A DNA stretch of 64,000 nucleotides from positions 4,278,001 through 4,342,000 of the forward strand of contig CM022669.1 of NCBI GenBank assembly GCA_012295275.1, in the 5' to 3' direction. Numbering within the stretch: position 1 is the stretch's first letter; the number at the start of each line of letters is the position of its first letter. Made by a program: the position numbers and the translations under genes. The notes under the pieces are model-generated. The model was not told the origin of the DNA and searched no databases. It was given only the letters and a program-made list of their open reading frames with translations. Shown piece by piece: positions 14,414-28,249 of this stretch. The DNA is from Chrysomallon squamiferum. Taxonomy: Eukaryota > Animalia > Mollusca.

Positions 14414-16986
14414 ATAATATTTGTTCATTTGATTAGATTTGGGGATTATAAAAAAGTATATATCGCAGTAAAAAATTATTTTAATGTAATCATAACAAAA
14501 AGTAATTTTTCTTTACAAGTTCACATTTTTTAACGAGTTAGTATATACATTCATCATAATAAAGTTTTACGTTTCTTAAACTAATCTCGTTAATATGGAG
14601 GTAAAGAGTTTAATGTTTTGTTGTTTTTTCGTTTCAGTTAGATGGTTCGGTACTTGGCGACACGTGAAAGATGAAGAGCATTTCAACTAAAAAAATGAAC
14701 GATTTATTTCAGGGTTATTTTTTTTATTTTATTTCATTCACACAACAAAAATGTCGTGTTAAAATTCTCTGGCATTTGTCACAAGCAGCTTTTTTTTTTC
14801 ACTATGCTCTTCTAATATTCTGATGAAAACAAACATTGAAAAAAGGAGAAAAGTACAGTGAAGAAAAAAAATCTGTATTTCAGATGTTATGGGTCTGTTT
14901 GACGTAACGGAAACATTAATAGAAGAAAACTGGTAACGTTATCTTGACGTATGAACATCAGACTCTTTTTATTTTTCCCTCTCAGTATTTCACGTATAAT
15001 TAAGTAACATTGAGGACCGTAAGGCTTTATCAGGAATAAATAAATTTTACCAGTAAAAAGAGGTGAAGATGTTTTACTGAACTGTACTGCAGTGCACTAA
15101 CGAAGCATATTTTGATCAGACTACAGACATTTACAATGCATACACACACACAAAAAAAAAGGAGGTCGCCATGATTATTATTTATAGAAGAGAATTATAT
15201 GGATTATACAAGGAAAGGGAATTTTTTCCCTGACGGACGCATATTGTGTGATGACTGTCTATCTGGAAATACTTACAAAGAAATAGAAACAATTTCCAGA
15301 ATATTATTATATGACATTATAACACAGTGTTAGAGCGAAAAGGTTATATGCACATTGGCTGATCAGACATTTTTATTTTATACCTCTTGTGATTTTCTGA
15401 TATTATTCACACTTGATCGGTTTCAGGAAACACAATGGCTTTAATGTAACTGATATTGTCAAAGTGTTACTGGCGTGGGTTATATCTTACTAATAGACGT
15501 GTACATGCATTAGCGGAAGCTACATGTATACGGACTAAAATCCACTGAGACAGATTCTGTTAAACAGATACAGAGATATTGACAGCGAAATGTATTTTAA
15601 GTAAAACACGATCTAATGTATTACTAATACCATTCTGTTTCACCTGTACACGTTTTAACGTTGAAATTATCATTAAGATCAACGATAAGTCTGTATGTTT
15701 TATTATTGCTATTATTATTATTATTGTTATTGTTATTATTATTACATTCAAATGTCTGAAATGATTCAACACGTGACCTGTTATTGTTATGTTTTACTGT
15801 TGTTAGACTCACAGTGTTGATAACTAAGATAAATCGACTAAAATATGTCTGTTATCATGTTTTAATGTTTACCTCGCGTTCATATCCACTGACTCATGTT
15901 TGTGAATCTGCAAGTTGTTAAGTCTCATTATTGATACTATCTCAACACTGATCTAATTTTAACGAATGTCTGACGAAAGATCAATAACATCACACGATGT
16001 ACAATCTTTTATTCTTATTGTGTTGGAATCAGTTATGTAATATCAATCAGTCTATGATTCTAATAAAAAAAAAAAAAAACTTGCCAGTAGTCACAAGTCA
16101 TTATAGCGTGTTAACTGATTGGAAGATGTTTTAATGAAAACAGTTTGCAGAAGTAGTGTACAAGATATTAATTTATAGATGTAAATAAATCTGTATCATT
16201 CATTTCAGTTATTGTATAGTCGTCTATGATGCATTTACCCATTTTTATTCATCATTTCATTACTTTTGTTGGTTTCTTAAATGTTTTGGATATTAGATCT
16301 GTACATCTTCATGTTAATAAAAGGTTACACGTATTTCATATGTCTGTAATATTTTGTTATCGCAAAACTTTAAAATATGTCGTGTTCATTTTTCATACTC
16401 TATTTATGTCTTAAATGAAACTTACACACACCTATGTTGTATACCGTTCAAACATTTCTCTCACTTCACAGTTATATTATAACAAAAATGTCACACTGTC
16501 AATTTACATGTTAATCTTTTTTAAAAATAAAACCACAGTTTTACAATCAATATCACCCAGCCAATGGTAGAGATTGTTACAAGTTAAATCATCCAATAAA
16601 ATTTCAGGTTGGAGCCTCTGTGACCAGACTCAGAGATAATTTTCAATCTTATGTACTATATTTGTTCTGTTACCTTCAGCTATTAAAGTTATGTTTTAAA
16701 ATAATGTTCACGAAATGCCAAGTTGAGAGATATTGTCTTCCTTGGAGTCAGTAAGCCAGACAAAGGTAAATGAGGGAGAGTACGTAATTACCTACTGACA
16801 CGAGACATACACATAATATTGAGATTATTAATGAGAGTAGGTGACAGACGCAATGTATAAGTAAGCTTTTTAGTACCAGACATGAATGATATTGTTATGT
16901 AAGGTAATTCCCCAGGACTGGTATATTAACCGACATAAAGTCGAATACATAATACGCCTATTTTACTAACAGCATAAGAAAAAAAA

Positions 16987-17128
<142 letters not shown>

Positions 17129-19158
17129 TCTGAGAGAATACAATATTTTTAATGTTGTCTCTACAGATATACGTAAATAAATCTTAGATGGATCTTCTGT
17201 TACTAGTAACCTTCTGGCAACTGTTGGTTCGGCACCTCCTTTAGCCCGGACAAAAAACTTGAAATTCCCTCTGTCACCAGACTAGTTTCTTGGGCAGCCT
17301 CGGATGGTGTTGTGTGTAAGGCGCGCTTACTTACATTCTTTACACTGCTGTCGTTGGTTGTGATACCGCAATTCCGTGAGCTTCTTAGCTTATTTCGCTT
17401 GAATTAAACCCTAGGTACGGCTTCTAAGACAGACGAGATGTCAAACGTAAACACGAGTCCACATCGATCCAAGATAAAGCAGAACTGTTGAAAAAAAGGG
17501 ACCGTAGTGTTTCGGAACGTGAGCTGTGTGACATTTACAGTATTGCTTCATCAGCTGATCACGATACAAGCACCTGTATTTCATTTACTTATTTAATTTA
17601 CATTTAATATTTAATTTACATTTCTAGCAGTCCGTCGTATACTTTAGACACATAAGAGATGTATAATCGGTGGGTTAGAGGTGTGATGATGAATTATTAT
17701 TACGTGACTGCGGTTGGTTTGGCAAAATGGCTCTGGAACCAAGAATACAGGAAAATCGGTGGCGTTCCTCTAATATAATTATCGGAGGTTTTGCATTAAA
17801 TAAGACTGGCCAACAGCTCATCCGCTGTAGAATATTTTCAAACAGTAGCACTGTTCATATTCAATTTTTTTTTAATAATATTTTTTCGATTTTAAATCAT
17901 TAATTTCATGTCGAAAACGATTGTGTTAAGACATCGATCCAGTTGAAAATAAATTCGTCTTGTTTACATTCTTCAGTAACAATAAAATTATAAAACAGAA
18001 AACGTTAATGTCAGTCTGAATTACAACTACTGAACAAAAAGTATACTGAACAAAAAAGATATGGATCGTGCACAAGTGATTAATATAAATATCAAGATTA
18101 TGATGCCTCTATATATATGTATGTGTGTCTCTATGTGTGAATGTGCGTGTGTGTGAGAGAGTTTATGTACGTGAGAGAGAGAATTTCCAGTCTTTCATCC
18201 CATATCAAAAAAGCACGTCAAAATAATATGAACAAATATTGTATAATTCATAAAATATGTGCAGTGTATATTCTAAAACTAGTCTATTAAGCAGTAAATC
18301 TGAAATAAAAATAAAATAATAACTGCCTATAAAAGTTGCAAAATATTGGTAATACGGTTCCAATTTGAAATTTATCAACAGCGCGAATAAATAATATTTT
18401 TGAAACATTCAAATCGACTAACAGATGTAGTATATTACTGAATTATTTGTAGAAATTTATCAAGCATTCATTAATTGATAACAATAACATAACAAGATAA
18501 TAACAATAATAATAATAATAATAATAACACAACGCAGCGTTTCTATCTATATATTAAAATAAATAACAGCCTACATACAGCTAATTAATTAATATAATTT
18601 GAATCTTGAATCATCAGCATCATCATCATTTATTTATTTATTTTTTTATTTCAGTAATAAATAACAACACTTTTCCATTTGTCAGTTGAAAACATTAATC
18701 AGAACACTTTATTTAAATCCACTGTATGGTTTTATTCTCTGAACTACGATTATCCATCTAAGTTATATTTCACGTAAATCGAGGTCTTACACTTTTATTA
18801 CTTCATAAAGAAAAACTTTGATTCTTGTAATGACGTCATTAGCGTCTACAAGAGATTTGTTTAGGTTGGATAAAACTTGTTACAAAACAATGAAGTCAGT
18901 GCCTGATCACATATGTGCCGTTTATGTGGAGTAAACACAATAACTGACTGTATGTACTGAGGTTTTGTTGCCATCAATTAATATACAGATATATTATAAT
19001 TTTATATATAACGTAAAATGTAAAGCTAACATACACTTTCTCTGAAGAATACACGTCAAAAAAAAGTTCATTACCAGTTGGAGAGTGGCATTTGTTCCTC
19101 TGATCGCTATTCCGTAGTGGATAAACAGGACAACAATGTGATGAATTGTTCTTACGTA

Positions 19159-21571
19159 TTATACTTCAACTAAAGATTGTCTAAGATCGTTCTGTTTACA
19201 TTTTGTCGTTAGGAACAGTTTGCAGTCCCGCGCTGCCCAGAGGAAAATCAGAGTGACTGGCAGGAGTATTCCAATCACCACCAGCGGAGTAATAGCTGAT
19301 CTGAGAAATGAATTCAGTTTACCGATACACTGAAAATAGAGAGTGAGAAAAACATGTAGCTGTATATTTAAGAATCATACATATCTAACTAGATGTATTT
19401 CATACAAAGATACATACATACATACATATACATACATACACACACATGCATACATACATAAATACATACATATATACATACACATATACACACATACATA
19501 CATACATATATACATATATACATATATACATAGATACATACAGACATACAGACATACATACATAATACGTACATATACACACCTACACATTTATTTTGGT
19601 AAAACTGGGAGTTACCTGTTTTTGCTCGGTAATAGAACTACACAAAGGATGATCTGGATGACTACTGCACCAGTCTGTCAAAGAAATATCAGTATTATAC
19701 AGTCATAATATCAATATTATATAATCATTATATTAGTATGATATAGTTTGTATTATATAGTCATAACATCTGTATTATATAGTCATACTATCAATGTTAC
19801 ATAGTCATACATCAGTATTATATAGTCATAATATCTGTATTATGTAGTCATAATATTAATATTATAGTCATAATATTAGTATTATATAGTCATAATAGTT
19901 TTATTATATAGTTATAATATCAATATTATATAGTCATAATATCAATATTACATACACATAACAGTCTTATATAGTCATAATAATTTTATTCCAAATTCCG
20001 TTGCTCTAAGAAAGAAAGAAGAAGAAGAAAGAATATAATATTAAATTTAAAATGAAAATAAATTAGAGAGCTCTATAGTAATTTTAAATCATTCTAATAT
20101 AAAGTAAAAATATTAAATCAGTAATGAAAGTAGTTTAAGTAATAGCAGTGGCAGCTGTTATAGTAGCAGTAGAAACAGTCATCAAAGAAACAGCTATAGC
20201 AGTCCTAAAGGGAAATCAGTAACAATAGTAGAAATGGTGTGATTATTAGTAGTATAAATATTGTATCATACCTGAGACTTTGTATATTTGTGTTTCAAAA
20301 CAGTCTGTACGTTTCTCATTATTATTCAATCTCAACTTTTCGTGTTTCAGTGATTTCATTTCCTCACTGGCAGACATCTTGTACGGTGGAATCTTTATTT
20401 CTTTTTCTTTTATTCCCAAATAATTATTGTTGTTCTTGCACTGGTGGCATTCTTTGTAGCCACGTCGTAGTTCTCCTTCATCCACAACTACTACGATGGA
20501 CTGTTCTTTGTTGGGATGGTTATTCTGATCCAGTGTTTTCTCAGGAGATACCTTTCTGCCATTTTCCTCCTTCTGAAACAAGGTGTTCTTAAATGATGAC
20601 ATCATGTTGATGTTGGTTGTTGTTTCATGTCTCTCAAATGTGATGTGTTCATCTTTACCATGAGTGCCATCTTTCAATTCAGCTTGACCAACTGAAGCAT
20701 TTGGTATACCATCACCATTACTGAATGTATCCGGTAATTCACTCAGTTTATCTAGCAAATTCACCGATTCACTAAGAGTATCAGAATCTGTCAGCATTTC
20801 AACGTTAGCATTTGTCGTCAGAATTCCATTCAAATCATTTGGGTTGGTTAGCATATAGTGAAAAGATTCTGAATCATTAATTATTTTATTCCTGCTGCTG
20901 GAAATGTTGATAAACTTACTCGCTGTATCCAAGGCATCGATTACTTTAATGTCTTTACTGAAGCTGTCAAATAATTTGTCGTTTGTATCTGTGGCATTCA
21001 ACACTTCACTGTATGCAGCAGATACTTTCATCAGTTCTTCATTGTTAAAATTCACACCATTTTTCGCATTAATTTTGAAGATCTTTGAAGGTTCCTCTGA
21101 CGTTTTTGAGTTAGCAATTGGATCTTTTAAACTGTTGAAACTGTCACGAGATCTATCATAAAACTCGACTTTTTCGCTAGATTCTCCTGTATCACCACCA
21201 GACTGAAACGAACTGTATTCTCCCGCATCTGAACTAAGAGAATTGTTTTCTCTTGCACTCAAAATTGTTTTTTTGTCTGCCTTTGTGTTTGTATTGCTTG
21301 GAATTGTTTGAGTCGTGTCTGGGAGAGGTGTACGTCGTTTTTCTTCTTCAGAATGTTTTGTCTTTGTCTGACTGTGAGGACGCTCTGTGCTGCTAGACAA
21401 GATTCTGGTCTTGGTGGTTCGACGTGACGTCAGCGTGGAGTAAAGAGACGGTAAACTGGTTGTCTTGGCAGAAGACAGAGGATCGCTTGTTACGTTATCA
21501 CTGGAACTCTTTGTTGTCAGGTCGTATCTTTTCTGGGATGATTTGATGGTATGTTTCGATGATTCCAAATC

Positions 21572-21602
<31 letters not shown>

Positions 21603-22321
21603 TCTGAAAGTGTGTTCCAGTAAATCAAAATTTTAAGTTTTCCATTTTAACAACCAGCATTAAAAAAAAAATAAAAATAAAAATATTTTCCATATTAATG
21701 GATATTTGTATCTGATGTTTAATATTTCAAAGATGGAAATTTTTTAAATATTACAAATCAATAACTAAAGAAATCGACATTTTTATTCAGTTTACGCACA
21801 GTTATCAGTTGTAATATTTTACATACGCATGTAAATAGCATACCAATTTAATATATACAGTCTGAAACCTTCACGCACATAGAAAAACAAAAACAGAGGC
21901 ACATACACGTATCAGGTATCTAAAGTACTTCGATGTAAAATCAGCGAGAGCTGATATTCATGTAAGTCTGTGACCAATATTTCATTAACATCTTATAAAA
22001 TGTACCATCTCATTTACCTCTTCTACCAAACCGCTGAATTTCAAAATACTGCCAACCCTTTTCTTGGTAGACATCTTCGTGTCCGTTATACACAGATGAA
22101 TGTGTTTGACAGGTACGACTGAAGCTGTTGTAGCAGTAGCTAACACATTCGCGTTCTTGGTAGCATAGCAACGAACACTGAATCCGACTTGAATGCAGTT
22201 TTCTCAGTACGTCAGTTTTCATCGCAAAGCCGTTGGCGTAGTTGCGTTTCCTGAAGACGGCGTGTCTTCCAGACGTAGAAAGTATTAAAAGAAATTTTGT
22301 AAATGTAATGAATAACTCCAT
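19159..22321 (-). CDS. Type I membrane protein (~610 aa): signal peptide, PAN/Apple-like domain, Ser/Thr-rich mucin-like stalk, transmembrane helix, short tail
   Basis: Exons 22321-22018, 21570-20272, 19674-19616, 19329-19159, all GT-AG with matching phases (1,1,0). Exon 1 has the PAN pattern SRIQCSLLCYQERECVSYCYNSFSRTCQTH...GWQYF. Exon 2 is S/T/acidic low complexity. The last exon has hydrophobic AITPLVVIGILLPVTLIFLWAA. Confidence 0.8.
19690..19985. repeat. ~22 bp AT-rich minisatellite in an intron of the PAN gene
   Basis: Repeated variants of atatagtcataatatcaatatt. Confidence 0.8.
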
Positions 22322-22410
22322 GCGTTAATATTTGTCTGTCATTAAAACTAACTCACTCCTTTCTGAACCGCTCTAAACGAGCGTAGGCACAAAAGTATTA
22401 AAGTAAAATG

Positions 22411-22417
22411 TTTTATA
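22411..22417 (-). promoter_or_regulatory. Candidate TATA box of the PAN-domain gene
   Basis: TATAAAA on the minus strand about 90 nt upstream of the ATG; the AT-rich background weakens the call. Confidence 0.4.
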
Positions 22418-23003
22418 AGAAAATAACCTTTAAGCATGGAAAGATGAGATGAAACGTTTGAAATATTAATCAGCTGTATCGATTAAAGTGTTTTATTTAT
22501 TCTGAGGTTTGTCGACTTTAAATTCCAATGAGTTGCTGCTGATAATCTCTTTTTCTAATATTTGAACTTTACTGTCTGCATGTTTCTAAATGCATATTAT
22601 TAGTTTATCTCATCCACATGTATCTTTTGTTAATTTAATTTTTATTTTTCTTGAGTATTTTCAAAGTGAAAAAATTTATGTTAACAGTGGGAAACTGGAG
22701 CCATTTCAGCCTGACATTGTTTAAATATTCTATTATTACCATGATGCTCATGTTTCAGAACTAAATAATTAATATTCACAGAATAACATTCTGGCAAAGG
22801 AGTTTTCTTCTTGTTGTTATTGTTGTTTTTGTTATTGTTGTTGTTGTTGTTGTTGTTGCTGTTGTTACGTTTAGTTATCCTGCTTCTTACATTCAAGATG
22901 TTAATCAAAGGTTATTCAGTGAAGTTATTTTCGTAATATTTGATATGATTTAGAAGTCATTTTATGGTAGTAATAGGATTAGCTGTTCCAGCAGTAATTA
23001 TAA

Positions 23004-23047
<44 letters not shown>

Positions 23048-23993
23048 ATTGTAGTATTGACTGCAGTAGTGACGGTGATAGCAGTAGAAGTAATGGTAGT
23101 TGCAGTAATAGTGAAAAATGAAGTGTAGTGGTAGCAGTAATAGCTGCAGTAATTCTGGAGGCTGTTGTATTAGTAGTGGTCATTGTTTTAGTAGTAGTAA
23201 CAGCTGCAGTAATTATAATAACAGCTGTAGTGGTAGTTGTAAGAGTAATAGTGGTAGCAGTAGCGGCACCAAAAGCAGTGAAATAGTAGTATCAGTAATA
23301 ATAGTGACAGTGGAGGTGATGTTGCTGTGGTGGTGGTAGATGTCGTAGTGATGATGGTCTGACTGCTTTGTAATTTTTGTATTCTGTGGCTTTCTTTTAT
23401 TCAAGCTGTGTATTTAGTCCTTTGATTCATTCATTCATGTAATGCAGCCATTGTACTAACAGAATGTTACCGTGTTTCTCTGTACTTCATTTTGTTATAA
23501 ATAAAAATTCAGACAAAAATCAGCACACACAAAAACATAAGACAAAAGTTAAACATTTCAGTTATTTTTTTATTCCAGTAAAACGATACATTAATAATCT
23601 ATAACATTAGTTATTATAAAATCTAGTAAGTGTACATCCACTGAAGCCAAATGAAGCTGAACCTGCCTAATAACTATAACGTATACCTATCAACAATTTG
23701 GTAACAGAGTTTCTGAATTATATGTTCTGAAAACTGAGTTTATGTCGAATAAACGGAAACTTTCATAATATTTTTATAATTGTCTTTAAACAGAATTTGT
23801 CAAAAACAAAAATACCTAAAAGCAGAGGTTAGTTCATGTTTTATTGTATATTTAATGCTTTTATTTACTGGTTATTAAAATTTATTTATTTATTTATTTA
23901 TTTTACTTTATTTTATTTATTTATTTGCATATTTACTTATTTCATTTGTTTGCTTGTTCGTTTACTCATTCATTTAATTTTATTTATTTATTT

Positions 23994-24030
<37 letters not shown>

Positions 24031-24659
24031 TTTTAATCAGTACATTTTTTTCATTAGTTGTTCATTCGGTCATTCATTTACTTGTATTTATTTTATATTT
24101 GCTTATGCATTTGTTTTTATTTATTTATTCGTTTAGTCTTTAATTTATTACTTTTATTTACTTCGGGTACACATTCATTTACTCATTTATTCACTTACTC
24201 ATTTATTCATTTACTCATTTACCCATTTATTTATTCGCTAGTATTTACAGTTGTTACTGAAATACAAAAATAATATTATTATTTTATCAAATGTCATTTT
24301 GATTCTAAATTAAGCACTGCAAATATTACCTAACTAAGTGAAATTATTAATTCATTCAGCAGTTTCATATATATTTAGATAAACTATGAGAAATTATATT
24401 AATATTAATTGATAAAGCGTTCTATTGATTATATACTGGTAAATTAATAGTCCTATATTAAATATGATGTAATGTAATTATCAAATAAAATAAATAACTT
24501 ATATTGTAGACATGTTGTAGTAGTTGTTGTAAATGTAGTACACGTTGTTGTTGTGATGCTGGAATTAGAAATAGTAGTCGTAAATGGCTGTGATCATAAT
24601 AGCAATAATTTAGAGTACTAATAGTAATACAAGTATTTTCAGTAGTAATAGTTGTAAAA

Positions 24660-25068
24660 CAAGAGATGTAGTAGTAGTAGCTGTAGCAATTATAATAATA
24701 ATTAGTAGTAGTAGCGCTAACAATAGTTGCAACAGTAATAGCAGTAGTAGTTGTAGTAGACGTCGTAGTAGCAGTTGTAGTAGTAGTAGTAGTAATTGTA
24801 GATTTGATAATATTAATAACCGTAGTAGTAGCAGTAGTAGTAGTAGTAGCAGTAGTAGTAGTAGTAGCAGTAGTAATTGTAGATTTGATAATAATAATAA
24901 CCATAGTAGTAGCAGTAGTAGTAGCAGAAGTAGTAGTAGTAATAGCTGAAGTAGTAGGTGTTGTAGTACTAGTAGTAGCAGTTGTAGCAGTAGTAGTAGT
25001 AGTAGTAGCAGCAGTAGTAGTAGTCGTAGTAGTAGTAGCAGCAGCAGTAGTAGTCATAGTAGTAATAG
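24660..25068. repeat. Degenerate (TAG/CAG)n triplet region
   Basis: Gives spurious poly-Thr and poly-Val ORFs; a similar tract lies at 23000-23340. Confidence 0.85.
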
Positions 25069-25165
25069 CCTTTCATTAGTTGTAATAAATTTTCGTGATG
25101 ATTCTCAAGTTGATATATATTTTCCATTTTGTGTTAGTAGTAATTGTTGTTGTTACAATAAATGC

Positions 25166-25391
25166 TTAAACATGCAAAATGTGTAGAAGAATTCCTGTTA
25201 TATTAGCTTTGGTAATTATATTTAAACATGCAAAATGTGTAGAAGAATTTCTGTTATATTAGCTTTGGCAATTATATTTAAACATGCAAAATGTGTAGAA
25301 GAATTTCTGTTATATAAGCTTTGGTAATTATATTTAAACATGCAAAATGTGCAGAAGAATTTCTGTTATATTAGGTTTGGCAATTATATTA
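25166..25391. repeat. 56 bp tandem repeat, 4 copies
   Basis: Unit ttaaacatgcaaaatgtgtagaagaatttctgttatattagctttggtaattatat. Confidence 0.92.
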
Positions 25392-25458
25392 AGTCAACCT
25401 GCAGTTTGATATTGTTGTTCCTATATTGTATTAAAACGACCCCAGAATTATATTAGTA

Positions 25459-25710
25459 ATATTTTGAAATATAATTATAATATACACCTGTTAAATCTTA
25501 TTACTGTAACATATTTTGAAATATAACCATAATAGATACCTGTTAAATCTTAGTACTGTAACGTATTTTGAAATATAACCATAATAGATACCTGTTAAAT
25601 CTTAGTACTGTAACATATTTTGAAATATAACCATAATAGATACCTGTTAAATCTTAGTACTGTAACGTATTTTGAAATATAACCATAATAGATACCCGTC
25701 AAATCTTATT
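25459..25710. repeat. 52 bp tandem repeat, ~4.8 copies, directly 3' of the secreted-protein stop codon
   Basis: Unit atattttgaaatataaccataatagatacctgttaaatcttagtactgtaac. Confidence 0.92.
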
Positions 25711-25717
25711 TCGTGGT

Positions 25718-28113
25718 TCAGAAAACAAACAAACGGTCTTTCGATCCCAAGTTGTAGGTGTTTGGTGCCATGAAGCCAGCATGTTTAGGTATGTTGTAGC
25801 CGGTGTAAAACCTGTCCTGTTGCTCCTGGTAACCACTCCTTGGTCCCTCCCCATACACACCGCCGCCTTTACCGCGTTTGCTGTTTCCCGGGTCCTTCAC
25901 AGCGTTGTAACCACTGGGCTTCATGCTACCGTAACCTGCAGGTTTTTGTAGCCCGTAACCGCCTCGTTTGACTGGCGCGGGTTTGTAGTTCAGATTGGAG
26001 TTGTCGTTGTCCAGGAGGTGGTAATTGGGAAGTTTGGTGTCGCCTGTGTCGTGGTTGCTGCTGACGTACGAAGGCACGCTTTTCTTGGCGCCGTAGCCGG
26101 AGCTTTGTTTGCCGCCGTGGATGGCGATGTCGGGAACGTTGCGGTCGTACGTTTCAATGGGTTTGATGTCGTAGACAATCCCACTGTTGGTCCGGGCGTG
26201 TGCTGTGGTTTTGTCGTTGCACTGACTAGCTTTGCCCTCTCTGTAGGAGTGGAAATTGACCAGACGTCGCGCCTGCGCAGTGATCATGTCTTCGTTTAAT
26301 CCTAACGTGCTGTACAAGTCGAATACGTCCTCTGGTTTGACGTTGGCGATATATATCACCTGAAATATATATAACAGAGAACACGTTTATTTTTATAACT
26401 GTAATTACTGCACCCAGAGCAATAGCAGCAATAGTACTAGCATCTGCAGCACTAGAAATGTAACTGTTGCAATATTTATATTAATAATTGCCTTGGTAGT
26501 GCTTATTTATTGTAATAATGTCCATTAATACAAATACAATGTATACTGAATTGAAATTTTTCTTTTTTTCTTAGAAACGATGATAACCGTATGTATTTAT
26601 ACGTACCATTGGAGATCTTGAACCGACGATGACGTGGCCTCTGATGCAGTTGTCGCAGTCATCTGAATTCTGAACTGCAGCAAATCCTTCGGCAATCTTC
26701 TTCAAAACTGTTGTTAAAAGAAACGTTTCATTAATTACCTGTTAAAGAACTTATTCGTAACATATACATTATATGTATTACTGTAAAGTACTTATGCCGA
26801 GTTACTCGAGAATTAATTACGAAAAGCTAAAAGAACTAAGAACATTATACTGCATACGTTTCATTTCGTGGATGCAGGAAATAGGCTTAATTAGATATTA
26901 TTCACGAATCTGATGTTAAATGGTATTTCAGCGACATGTAAAAATGATCAGATATCCATCCATAAGGATCAATGGAAAAAAATATTTACTAGAAAATACA
27001 TAACTGTAATTTTATCCTTAAATACTTCAAGGATATCCACTTAATTAAACAAACTCACATATAGAGACATCCAAGGACATGCTTGAATGCTCGTTTGAAA
27101 GAAACATTTACAACGCGTTATTTTACCTTCCGAGGATCCGCTAGAAGCGCCCTGGTTTTCATAGGTGACCTCAATAAGAGTGAGATATTTGTTGTCTGGG
27201 TAGCTGCTGATGATGCTGCTGCTGTTCAGTGTGATGTTGAAGTCTTCAGCCAAAGACGTCAACGAGCGAGCAATCAGGACATCAACGTCTGCGTCAGGGA
27301 TGTCGACAGTATGTTCTTGGCATGCATATTTATCGGCGACCTCTGAAGACGTAAATTTTATTTTACACAATATTTGTGTACAGCTTAAGTGCAATTTAAA
27401 TATCTACAAAGCTAGTTTACGACAAGGAAGAATATGTACGTATGTTCGTTTGTTTGTGCTTGCGTGACTGGGCGCGTTTGTTTGTATGTGCGTGAGAGTG
27501 TGTAGGTGTAAATATGTTAAATGTTTCAACTGTGATATTTTTTGGTAATTTGCACTTGTTTTAGTTTGCGTGTTACTGTCGATCATTAAGTCTTGGCTTG
27601 TACCAATGACATAATTAATTTTGAAATTTTATCTAGTTTCTTTACAGTATCTTTATTTCCGACAGTTTTGCTTCTTCCATATCAAATTAAATCACGTAAA
27701 CTAAAGTCATTTGTTTGCATGTGAACGAGTTTATATAAAATTGTTGTACTGAGATGATCTAATTGGATTTTTCTGTATCTTCTTCGACTGATATTTAAAT
27801 AAAATTACCTTAAAGTCAGAGAGAGATTAAAGAAAGCATCTGTAATATAAATCATAGTTATCTGTACAGAAATGACTACTGAATGTATGGAAATAGACTC
27901 AAACCGCAGCAATGACTTATTCTATAATTGCACAATAACAGTAACTGAATTCCGTATACTTACCAAACAGAGCTCTTGCTTCGCCTACAACCTGCAGAAC
28001 AACCGAAGAAGATTAATATTATAAGCAAATCTGTGCAAAATTCCATACGGCATATAAATCAACATTTTAATTATGCTGACATTATGCTTAAGCACGTATT
28101 TTCAGTTTACTTT

Positions 28114-28151
<38 letters not shown>

Positions 28152-28154
28152 CGC

Positions 28155-28249
<95 letters not shown>

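Noticed and set aside
24458-25079. Poly-Thr and poly-Val ORFs (also the poly-ER, SL, YIH and CVCM ORFs throughout)
   Set aside because: They are translations of microsatellites with no splice or domain support.
25166-25710. Regularly spaced repeats resembling a CRISPR array
   Set aside because: The units are head-to-tail with no unique spacers, the context is eukaryotic and there are no cas genes.
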